Virus record (IMG/VR): IMGVR_UViG_3300046501_000246
Strand: one strand, 5' to 3'
DNA from: a virus
Length of the DNA stretch: 64,000 nt
A program made the translations under genes and the position numbers. Below are positions 1-7,732 of the stretch, piece by piece. The first letter of the stretch is position 1; each line of letters begins with the position of its first letter. Under the pieces are notes generated by a model. It had not been told where the DNA came from, did no database searches, and saw nothing but the letters and a program-made list of their open reading frames with translations.

Positions 1-57
1 CGCCCCAAGCTCTCTTATTCTTCAGACAAGCGCTTTCACTAGATTAGCTTAAGCTGC
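1..57 (-). tRNA. tRNA-Phe(GAA), 3' part cut off by the window edge
   Basis: Anticodon arm CTTGT-CTGAAGA-ATAAG. The visible start of the T-loop reads GGCG rather than TTCG. Confidence 0.6.
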
Positions 58-171
58 GAAACTACTAGAAGGTCAAATGGTGGTCAATCCATTCGCGTTG
101 CCTTCGTAGCAGGAAAGGGGCGCATGTCCAAGACCATTACAGGACAGAGAGGCCTTCTTTCTACTTTAATT

Positions 172-246
172 TGGAGCGGGTGAATGGTATCGAGCCATCC
201 TCTTTAGTTTGGAAAACTAAGGCCCATCCGTCTAGACCACACCAGC
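172..246 (-). tRNA. tRNA-Gly(TCC)
   Basis: Cloverleaf with anticodon arm TTAGT-TTTCCAA-ACTAA and encoded CCA; one acceptor-stem mismatch. Confidence 0.88.
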
Positions 247-376
247 ATATATTTAATAGAACTATTGGCCTCTGGACCGTTACGGCGGTAATAGCTAATC
301 TTTCCGTAAAGCAGAATAGTTCGCGCTATTCTTAAAGACTTCGAAGCATATCGTACCAATAGTTCTACAAAAGATA

Positions 377-452
<76 letters not shown>

Positions 453-465
453 GTAGGAAAGACGC

Positions 466-792
466 TTACGCGTCGATCCACTTAAACAATTCTTCCCTAG
501 TGATTTGCTTATCACCGTACTTATTAACCATGGCAAGGACGCGAGGTACAATAATAACCACTAGCTTATTGCTGCTGTGGATTTTTACCTCGACAGACTT
601 GTAAGCCCTGCCGTCTAGAAACGCGCGAGCTAAGAAAGTGGCTCGATTTTCATTTCTAACTTCCCATGTTCTGTGTTGTCTCAGGGACCAGAACGCGGGC
701 TTATTTTTTGCTTTTTGCTTCCTCTCTTCGAAACGGATAATTTTTGCTTCTTCAGTGAGGTGCTTAGATTTAACTTTAAGTTCGATGCTCAT
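466..792 (-). CDS. hypothetical basic phage protein (108 aa)
   Basis: SD GGAG upstream; fills the gap between tRNAs; same strand as the cluster. Confidence 0.72.
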   Translation of the reverse strand: MSIELKVKSKHLTEEAKIIRFEERKQKAKNKPAFWSLRQHRTWEVRNENRATFLARAFLDGRAYKSVEVKIHSSNKLVVIIVPRVLAMVNKYGDKQITREELFKWIDA

Positions 793-930
793 TTGTATTC
801 TCCATTAGATTATTTTATTGCCGTTGTCAAGTGATTATTTGACGATTTAGGGCGGCGCTCTAATGGAAAGTATTAATGTTTTTTCAAGCTACGTATTATC
901 GCCCATTTTAAATCCTTTATATGGGTAGTT

Positions 931-1004
931 TGGTGGGATTACCCGGAATCGAACCGAGGTAAAAGAGTTTAGAATTCCCTGCTCTGCCATTGAGCTATAA
1001 TCCC
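931..1004 (-). tRNA. tRNA with CUA anticodon (amber suppressor type)
   Basis: GGGATTA/TAATCCC acceptor, GCTC/GAGC D-stem, loop TT-CTA-AA, TTCGATT T-loop, A73, CCA. The anticodon stem is weak (2 G-U pairs, 1 A-C mismatch). Confidence 0.8.
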
Positions 1005-1119
1005 TTTGTGACCGTACTTTCCGGCCTGTCTCCGACCCATCTTTTGTATACGCCTGTAACGGGCGCGACCCGCCCAACAACGCTTCGGGGACGATCTGAC
1101 ACATAATATGTGCTGTGGT

Positions 1120-1290
1120 TCAGACCCGATTCTTTAAACTTTCTATGTACTCTTTCAAAGCTCCACCTTTGAGTGGCGGGCCAGAAACTTGCTTGCCGTT
1201 TATAAATACGCTAACTGGCTTATCAACGGCTTTGATATGAAATGGAGCTATTGTAACTTTAGGCCAATCAATATTGTCGTTATCGTCCAT
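1120..1290 (-). CDS. small hypothetical protein (56 aa, MDDNDNIDWPKV...), not in the ORF track
   Basis: Hand-translated; AAGGGG SD upstream. Confidence 0.55.
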   Translation of the reverse strand: MDDNDNIDWPKVTIAPFHIKAVDKPVSVFINGKQVSGPPLKGGALKEYIESLKNRV

Positions 1291-1372
1291 AACATCCCCT
1301 TAAACTTTGGTCGAAGCTTCTCACTCCGCTGTCGATTGCTTGGCCCATCGATAATGCCGACCGTAAATTAGG

Positions 1373-1449
1373 TCTGAGTGGCAGGATTTGAACCTGCGAC
1401 CTTCCTCTTCATGTGGTGAGGACGCTCTAACCCGCTGAGCTACACCCAA
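1373..1449 (-). tRNA. atypical or pseudo tRNA with a 10-nt anticodon loop and no CCA
   Basis: Normal D and T arms; stem TCCTC/GAGGA encloses ACCACATGAA. Confidence 0.7.
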
Positions 1450-1590
1450 GTCGTAAAATTAAGTTCGGGAACCTCGTAGGCGCGAGGCTTGCTGGACTAG
1501 CATAACGAGCTAGCCTAAGACCCGCTCCGATTACCAGCGACATCTGTCAACCGAATGTACAGTAGCCGATTTCTTCCCGAATTTGTTAAT

Positions 1591-1665
1591 TGGTCAGGGT
1601 GAAGTGACTCGAACACTTAACCTCTAGCTTCCAAAGCCAGCACTCCACCATTGAGCTACACCCTG
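1591..1665 (-). tRNA. tRNA-Pro(TGG)
   Basis: CAGGGTG/CACCCTG acceptor, CTGGC-TTTGGAA-GCTAG, CCA. Confidence 0.95.
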
Positions 1666-1837
1666 TTATTCTTTTATTGTGGGGCACCAGTACTTAACAA
1701 AATCGACTCGGATGCAGCGAGTTGAAGGTTAAGTTTGCACCCTGAGTGCCACCCAATAAAAGAATGTTCTAGGTGAATGACAAAGCGAAGCGCGCTCGTT
1801 TCATCATTCTAAGGACGCCTAGCCGCCCATTCATTTT

Positions 1838-1975
1838 TTAGAACCCGTTCTGCCTAGCAATTTCCTTGATATCACAACGCGAGATACCAAGATCGGCAAG
1901 TTCCCTATTTGTCAAACGCTCAAGTTCGCGAATCGTCTGACGCTGCTTCTTCCACTTTGAGAAAAATTCGAACAT
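1838..1975 (-). CDS. DUF1127 (YjiS-like) small protein, 45 aa, not in the ORF track
   Basis: Hand translation MFEFFSKWKKQRQTIRELERLTNRELADLGISRCDIKEIARQNGF matches the W..R.T.REL..L..R.L.DLGI.R.DI pattern; GAAGGA SD. Confidence 0.85.
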   Translation of the reverse strand: MFEFFSKWKKQRQTIRELERLTNRELADLGISRCDIKEIARQNGF

Positions 1976-2360
1976 GTCATATCCTTCTAATGTTCTAGTT
2001 TTCTCCTCCACTTATAAGTGCCGGAATCTTTCCCGGCTGTCAGGGCACGCTTTGTATTCGACGGTTACGGACACTGAAACTAGTAATCAGCGCTCCCACG
2101 CACCTATCAGCCGAACGTTTTCCTTCAACGGCAACTGCAAATTAAATCACCAAAGGCATATTAAACTATCTGTAAAGAAAGGTGTTTACAGAGTGGAGCG
2201 GGACGATCCACATACGATGCTGGTTTTTGCGAAGAGCTTCCTCGCTACTAGCCAAGGTCTGTTTTGTCTAGATCGGTGTACGCCAATCAATCCCTCAAGA
2301 GCCCTTATTGCTGTGGTTCGAAACGTCGTACAACGTAACGGCTTACAGCTATGGTGAAAC

Positions 2361-2437
2361 TGGTATCAGTGACTGGATTTGAACCAATAACCTCTCCCTT
2401 ATCAAGGGAGTGCTCTAACCAATTGAGCTACACTGAC
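2361..2437 (-). tRNA. tRNA-Ile(GAT)
   Basis: CTCCC-TTGATAA-GGGAG, canonical arms, CCA. Confidence 0.95.
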
Positions 2438-2807
2438 TTAATATGCTTGAAGGAAGGTTTATGACTAACCTTATTTAAGTGTGGCGGACAGTACGCGACA
2501 ACACCCTTCAATATTTCTGTTTTTAGACCACACACTCTAGCTTTCTTAACTAGTATGTTTCGCCGCTGTCGCGTCCGATCAGCTGACACCGCTATTAATC
2601 CCGGATTATCCGTTCATTTTTTAACTGACGTGCCGAATGTGAAGTCTAAAAACAGCACCTTGTTCCCTAACTTATCGACTTTTGATCTTGGTTTCAGGAG
2701 GTGCCGTATTGTTAAATTACTTAGTTTCAGAAGTCTTAGATGGTCTAACTTCTACGCCATTAATAAAAACAGCTACGTACTTAGTACCATCTGGATCTTT
2801 AATTTCT

Positions 2808-3011
2808 TTAGTCGTTACCACGTTCGATTTCTCCATAAAATTTCAGGAGAATAATGGTTCTTCCAGTCGGGTAGGGATAACCATCATCTCCATCTACATA
2901 TTCTCTTTCGATATTAATGTCCCTCACATTAACTCTCTTGCCGTCTAAAATAACATTAAAAGTTTTCACTTCATCTGGTTCGGTCGGCTCAGATTTAATA
3001 TAAAGATTCAT
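2808..3011 (-). CDS. hypothetical protein (67 aa)
   Basis: Co-oriented ORF in the tRNA cluster with plausible composition. Confidence 0.6.
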   Translation of the reverse strand: MNLYIKSEPTEPDEVKTFNVILDGKRVNVRDINIEREYVDGDDGYPYPTGRTIILLKFYGEIERGND

Positions 3012-3026
3012 TACAGTCTCGTTATT

Positions 3027-3102
3027 TGGTTGCGGGTGCCAGATTTGAACTGGCGTCTCAAGGTTATGAGCCTAGCAAGGAACCTGACTCCTCCAACCCG
3101 CA
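3027..3102 (-). tRNA. tRNA-Met(CAT), initiator-like
   Basis: TGCGGGT/ACCCGCA acceptor, CTCATAA loop, TTCAAAT T-loop, CCA; resembles bacterial tRNA-fMet. Confidence 0.92.
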
Positions 3103-3153
3103 AAACTTTGTAATCATTTAATGCACGAACTATAACACAGGTTTTTCGTTTTG

Positions 3154-3453
3154 TCAAGCATTAATTTTGTAATTTTTATTAAAATCTTTTTCAGGAACGA
3201 TTTCGAAGATGTTATCGGGGGCGAAAATTACGTAATCCCCTACTTTTACCGTTTCAGCTGATGCGTCTCCACAAGTAAATGAAACAAAGACTTTTTCATT
3301 TGACAGCACTGAATAATTCTCGGTAGGGAAATGAATTTGAAAATCAACGCAGCCACAATCATAATGCAGTTTTTCAATAATGGAAAGTGCGTTTGTGAAA
3401 TTAAATTGAGCCGCGTCTACATTTTGAGAAATTTTGGTGTAAGTCTTAATCAT
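3154..3453 (-). CDS. small phage protein, paralog 3 (GDYV..G..F-type family)
   Basis: Shares N-terminal K.Y..K...V.A..F and C-terminal GDYVIF...F...Y motifs with 3450-3755 and 3986-4411. Confidence 0.75.
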   Translation of the reverse strand: MIKTYTKISQNVDAAQFNFTNALSIIEKLHYDCGCVDFQIHFPTENYSVLSNEKVFVSFTCGDASAETVKVGDYVIFAPDNIFEIVPEKDFNKNYKINA

Positions 3454-3755
3454 GCTTTATATTCCACAAATGTTCCTTGAAATGTGTAACTGTCCATCAC
3501 GCTTACTTCTCCGTCAGGATCGCGCACAAGATATTGACCTTCTGCGATGGTCCACACCGTGCCAACGTTTTCTTGTTTGGTGAGGGTCAGCGTTAAAATT
3601 CTCGTGTCAAAGTCAAGTGAGGCCTTTACATCGTGACCTTGATTGCGCGATGCGCCAACAATAAATTTACTGGCTGCAATGAATGAATCGGCATCTTTGA
3701 CATAAAACTTCGCGGCGCTATATTCAGGTGTTCTCAATTTATAACTGCTAAACAT
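3450..3755 (-). CDS. small phage protein, paralog 2 (start reassigned to MFSSYK)
   Basis: Motif EGQYLVRDPDGEVSVMDSYTF; 4-bp overlap with the next gene. Confidence 0.75.
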   Translation of the reverse strand: MFSSYKLRTPEYSAAKFYVKDADSFIAASKFIVGASRNQGHDVKASLDFDTRILTLTLTKQENVGTVWTIAEGQYLVRDPDGEVSVMDSYTFQGTFVEYKA

Positions 3756-4011
3756 TCTTAATCCATTCCTCAATAATTGCTTTCGTGACAGCGCCAATCT
3801 TCGTCCCGACCAACACGCCATCGCCGTTATAGATTTGCATCGTTGGTACGGCTTTGATTTTCTCTTTTTCTGCTATAGCAGGATTTTTATCAATGTCAAT
3901 CACTTTGTGACGAAATCCGTCTAAATGTTTAACAAGTTCAAGAGAAGGTGCGTCCCACGAAGTGACATAAGCTGTGATGAAATAATTAGTCGAGGACAAT
4001 GGCGCGCTCAT
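3748..4011 (-). CDS. thioredoxin-fold protein lacking CxxC
   Basis: TSWDAPS in place of A.WCGPC; keeps IDIDKNP.IA...I..VPT and GAVTK..I.EWI; true start uncertain. Confidence 0.75.
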   Translation of the reverse strand: MSAPLSSTNYFITAYVTSWDAPSLELVKHLDGFRHKVIDIDKNPAIAEKEKIKAVPTMQIYNGDGVLVGTKIGAVTKAIIEEWIKNV

Positions 4012-4411
4012 ATGGGAAAATTCCGTCAGTAGGGAGAGGGCGGGGCTGATAAGGAGTAAAGCCGGGAGGTGTCTGACCGGGAGGTGTCTGACCCGGAGGG
4101 TAGTACCATTCCTGCGTCGTTACTTCTGGTGGAGCAGGTTCGAAAATTTCGTTAAATTGCGCTTCACTCATAACATCATAATCGTTGTCACCGAATACGA
4201 CATAATCACCTTCCTTAATCGTGTCAATAGTGTATTCGTTTACTTCAAATGAAATGACTAAATGGGGAAAGTTGTCAGTTGGGACGCTGACCTCGAATGT
4301 ATCTCGCCTCGCATAAGGCTCCAACTTAATTAAAAGGTCGCCTAAAGTCTCTTTAGTAAATTTGAGCGCTTCGACTTTCGTTGATTTTTTGGGTCTATAT
4401 TTAGTTGTCAT
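3986..4411 (-). CDS. small phage protein, paralog 1, with a Pro-rich PPGQT repeat tail
   Basis: KYRPKK..VEALKF and EGDYVVFG motifs; 15-bp tandem repeat near 4062-4100. Confidence 0.75.
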   Translation of the reverse strand: MTTKYRPKKSTKVEALKFTKETLGDLLIKLEPYARRDTFEVSVPTDNFPHLVISFEVNEYTIDTIKEGDYVVFGDNDYDVMSEAQFNEIFEPAPPEVTTQEWYYPPGQTPPGQTPPGFTPYQPRPLPTDGIFPYERAIVLD

Positions 4412-4492
4412 GAAATTAAAAAACTCTCCATAAATTTAATTATGAAGAGCTTTAGCATAACGATTTTAGAAAGTCAATAGGGAAATTTAATT

Positions 4493-5125
4493 TTATGGCG
4501 TTTGATCAATCACGACAGGCCAATAAGAATCATCGACAAAGTTATCAGGAATTGGGTCCATATCCTTTATGACACGTCCAGCTGCGATGTGCGCCTGTTT
4601 GTGAACCAGCGCGGTGAAGCCGAAACGAATAACAGTTGGAGCATCCATAGCTACGCGCGTATTATCTGCTGCGATCCACTCGAACATATCAGGTGCAGAA
4701 GGTAATAGAAGCTTTTGCCATCCATAATCACCTTCTTGAGCACCAAGGAAAACGGCACTTGAAGCGGCTTGGACCGCACCAGCAATATTTTCTCTATCGT
4801 CTGGTCTAGCCTGATAAAGAACGTGTTCAAAATAAAAGCCGTTTACGATTCGCCTGTCTCGCTCTATATCTATTACGGTAGAGCTTGGCGGTACTGGTTC
4901 TTCGCTAGGGATATCGTTAATATTTGCGACATATCCCCACTTGCCGTCTCTGAACACTCTGATATTATTATTTTTTACAGGAGGTGGAGTGATCATTGTT
5001 GCGAAGGCTGGAACAAGGAAAGCTCCTGAGTCTAGGCCATCAGGGTTATCCAATGGGTCAGGCACAGCAATGTTAGAGGAGACAAACTCACCTGTCGCTG
5101 GATCATAATTATGAATATAACGCAT
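4493..5125 (-). CDS. tail fibre assembly/chaperone protein (Tfa-like N-terminus, DUF4376-like C-terminus)
   Basis: YD..TGEF...A.PDP...FLVPA.AT...PP motif; directly downstream of the collar-domain fibre gene. Confidence 0.8.
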   Translation of the reverse strand: MRYIHNYDPATGEFVSSNIAVPDPLDNPDGLDSGAFLVPAFATMITPPPVKNNNIRVFRDGKWGYVANINDIPSEEPVPPSSTVIDIERDRRIVNGFYFEHVLYQARPDDRENIAGAVQAASSAVFLGAQEGDYGWQKLLLPSAPDMFEWIAADNTRVAMDAPTVIRFGFTALVHKQAHIAAGRVIKDMDPIPDNFVDDSYWPVVIDQTP

Positions 5126-5141
5126 GTCGGGGTAATTTCCT

Positions 5142-6119
5142 TTAGTATTTAATCGCGAACATCAGCGCAACGTTGACAGGTCTTGATTCATTGCCACCAC
5201 TTGCTTGAATAGAAATATTGGTAGAAGCAGCATAAATACCAATGTTAGAACTGGCCGCAGCGGTGTTAGAACTTCTAAATTGCGTGCCCTGCGATGTACC
5301 GGCCTGAAAACTGTTCGCGCTAACGTTGGCACCACCGCCTCCGTGCGCGTGACCCGGATCGGAAACACTGTGGGCGTGACCCGGATCGCTAACTCCGTGG
5401 GTGTGAGATGCGTTCTGGTTAGCCTGTACCGTACCGAAACCACGTCCGCTATCAACGGCTCTTCCATGATCCCAACCACGAATGAACACGCCACGAAGGT
5501 CAGGAATATTGAACGTGGTTGAACCGTCGCCAGAACCGTGCGCCGTGCCAATTTTAGCATAGAGTGCAGAATAAGTGGTTCTGCTGATCGCAGCACCATT
5601 ACACTCTAAATAACCAGTTGGCAAGGTGGCCATGGCAAAAGTGAAAATGCTACCGACTTGAACAGAGAAAACGTTTGTAATACTCGCTTCGATAGATTGT
5701 AACGAAGTTTCAAGCGTAGAACTGCTGCGTTGAATTTGAGCCGTGTTGTAGTCATTATTTACGGGCACAACACTACCCGACCTCCCGTTGAAAGACGAAA
5801 CACCAGCTACCGCACCAGTCGCAACACCGGCCCAATATTTCGCACTACGTTTTCCCGGTTCAACTTCGTCTGGACTTTCGGCCCAAAGCGCTGATTTATC
5901 TTTGGAAGCTGTTGCAGCTGTTGCAGCGGCTTGCGCCATCGTGACATAACCGCCAGCCGTGGTGCCGATTTGAGCGTAAAATTTGGCAAGGCTAGGAACA
6001 GAGCCACTATCAATTGCCACATCTTGAGTGCTGGTGCCATTAACGATGGCGTCAAGGCGTACCATATTGGTACTCAGTTTGTCAACTTTTGCTTGGATTT
6101 CGGTAGCACTATCTGCCAT
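5142..6119 (-). CDS. tail fibre protein with phage tail collar domain
   Basis: VGSIFTFA...PTGYLECNGAAISRTTYSALYAKIGT..G.GDGSTTFNIPDLRG.FIRG and terminal ESRPVNVAL.F.IKY. Confidence 0.92.
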   Translation of the reverse strand: MADSATEIQAKVDKLSTNMVRLDAIVNGTSTQDVAIDSGSVPSLAKFYAQIGTTAGGYVTMAQAAATAATASKDKSALWAESPDEVEPGKRSAKYWAGVATGAVAGVSSFNGRSGSVVPVNNDYNTAQIQRSSSTLETSLQSIEASITNVFSVQVGSIFTFAMATLPTGYLECNGAAISRTTYSALYAKIGTAHGSGDGSTTFNIPDLRGVFIRGWDHGRAVDSGRGFGTVQANQNASHTHGVSDPGHAHSVSDPGHAHGGGGANVSANSFQAGTSQGTQFRSSNTAAASSNIGIYAASTNISIQASGGNESRPVNVALMFAIKY

Positions 6120-6172
6120 TAAGTTTATGCCTTAAATAAAAAATCTCTCAGAGATTATATAATATCTGAGAG

Positions 6173-6201
6173 ACTATAACATAACTTTTTTAAAAAGTCA
6201 A
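6173..6201 (-). promoter_or_regulatory. sigma70-type promoter, tail-module copy 1
   Basis: TTGACT-N17-TATAGT; spacer nearly identical to those at 12099 and 13367. Confidence 0.75.
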
Positions 6202-6226
6202 GTTTTAAATGTAATAATCCAAAATT

Positions 6227-6493
6227 TTAGTAAGCACTGACAGCTGCTTTAGCGCCACCGCCTACGTTACCGGAACGAATGTAAACGTTATTTGAACCTA
6301 GGTCATTTAATTTAATGGTGCAAAGACTTTTAAGTTCATGACCTACAACGTTAGCCAAATCGGATGGAGCAGCAGCTACGCCCCAAAAGACAGGAAGTGT
6401 AGAAGGGTTGTAGATAATGACGGTAGCTTTTGCCGCCGAAACTGCGGTCCAAGTTGAATCGGCTAGGGTGAAGTCAGTTGTTAAAGCAGCCAT
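6227..6493 (-). CDS. small beta-rich virion-associated protein (88 aa)
   Basis: Follows an SGNH gene; resembles 11803-12063. Confidence 0.7.
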   Translation of the reverse strand: MAALTTDFTLADSTWTAVSAAKATVIIYNPSTLPVFWGVAAAPSDLANVVGHELKSLCTIKLNDLGSNNVYIRSGNVGGGAKAAVSAY

Positions 6494-6517
6494 AATGGTG
6501 TCTCACTTTTTAAAAGA

Positions 6518-7732
6518 TTAAACAAATTTGTAATAAGGATCGAGGTATGGAACCATGTTCGCTGCGACGACAGCAGCCATATTGGCATGATCTGTTACGC
6601 CGGGGTGAATCTGATCACTTGGATAAGTCGTAAAGTCGCCAGCAGCAGCATTAATGTCATGGTACTGATCGATTAGACCATCAGCGCCAGCAGCTAGCCA
6701 TGCGTTGTAATCATTCCTTACAATATTTCTAGCACTATCGTAAGTTCCGCGCGGGATAATCGATGTGGCATGAATTCTGAGGCGATTGCCGTAAGGCCCG
6801 ATCAGGCCGCGAGCATAACTCGCCAGATCGGTAAATCTGGTTTTCATCGTCGCTAATGAAGCACTGTTGGCAATATCGTTAGTGCCTAATTGAATTAATA
6901 GGTCTGTGCAATAAGGCCACAATTGCTTCTGCAACGGAGCACTAGCTAGTTGCTGGTTTCCTAATGTGTTGGCATCGATAGTCTGTTTATGCCAAGGAAA
7001 GACAACACCATTAACGTTCTGCATCGCTCTGGTTAGAAAGCCTTGAGTCGTGGAAGTGTTAGTATCGTTTAGGTAAGTTGCAATGCTATCACCAACAATA
7101 CAAATAGCAGGCATAGGCACATCTGGAATACCTAAAATAAGGGCGGGCCAAATCGCAGGACCAGAGCCTGTGCCGCTGTTGTTCAGCGAGCCGTTGCTCA
7201 TTAACTGGTTTCCAGATACTGTTCTAAAACCTTGGCTGGCAATACTGTTCAAAGTCATAGCACTAAAGCTGTCAGTATCACTTGGTACAGTTCTATAAAA
7301 ACGTGTATAATTTCTAGAATTCTTGGCCCACGTTATATTGATTTCATCGCTAATAATAAGGCCAGAATTTACGAGGTCAGCCGTGGTGGAACCGCCATCC
7401 CATGTTGCACGCGTCGTAATAGTCCCGTTTTCTACTGATCTTTGCCAAGTGGACGTAGCTGCCGCAGCACCTGATTCAACTCCTGAGCCAGCAGTAATTT
7501 TAAATTGTACATCTACAATTTTAATTCTAGAACAGTTAGCATTACCAATGTCGTGCCCGTTTCTACCTTGGTTGGCAGCATAAGAGCTAGTTTTTTGCAC
7601 CGCGCTTCCATTAGGAACGCCGGTAAAACCTGCAATCAACTGGTGATTGACAGGCTTTGGGTAAACCTTTCCGCTGATCGCGGAAATGTTAGCTGGTGCA
7701 ATGTTTCTTTTTTTATTTTTTGAAATAGGCAT
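6518..7732 (-). CDS. SGNH/GDSL hydrolase-domain tail-associated protein
   Basis: ICIVGDSIA (block I), IQLGTND (block III), DQIHP (block V). Confidence 0.88.
   Translation of the reverse strand: MPISKNKKRNIAPANISAISGKVYPKPVNHQLIAGFTGVPNGSAVQKTSSYAANQGRNGHDIGNANCSRIKIVDVQFKITAGSGVESGAAAATSTWQRSVENGTITTRATWDGGSTTADLVNSGLIISDEINITWAKNSRNYTRFYRTVPSDTDSFSAMTLNSIASQGFRTVSGNQLMSNGSLNNSGTGSGPAIWPALILGIPDVPMPAICIVGDSIATYLNDTNTSTTQGFLTRAMQNVNGVVFPWHKQTIDANTLGNQQLASAPLQKQLWPYCTDLLIQLGTNDIANSASLATMKTRFTDLASYARGLIGPYGNRLRIHATSIIPRGTYDSARNIVRNDYNAWLAAGADGLIDQYHDINAAAGDFTTYPSDQIHPGVTDHANMAAVVAANMVPYLDPYYKFV

Noticed and set aside
89-102. HDV/theta ribozyme-like GGCAAC-GCGAATGG downstream of tRNA-Gly
   Set aside because: No convincing P1/P2/P3 pairing, and it does not start at the tRNA 3' end.
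2043-2070. tmRNA-like TATTCGACGG
   Set aside because: No T-arm/CCA end or credible tag reading frame in either standard or permuted order.
4062-4100. 15-bp tandem repeat as a DGR or phase-variation signal
   Set aside because: It is an in-frame PPGQT low-complexity repeat; no reverse transcriptase or template repeat is seen in the window.
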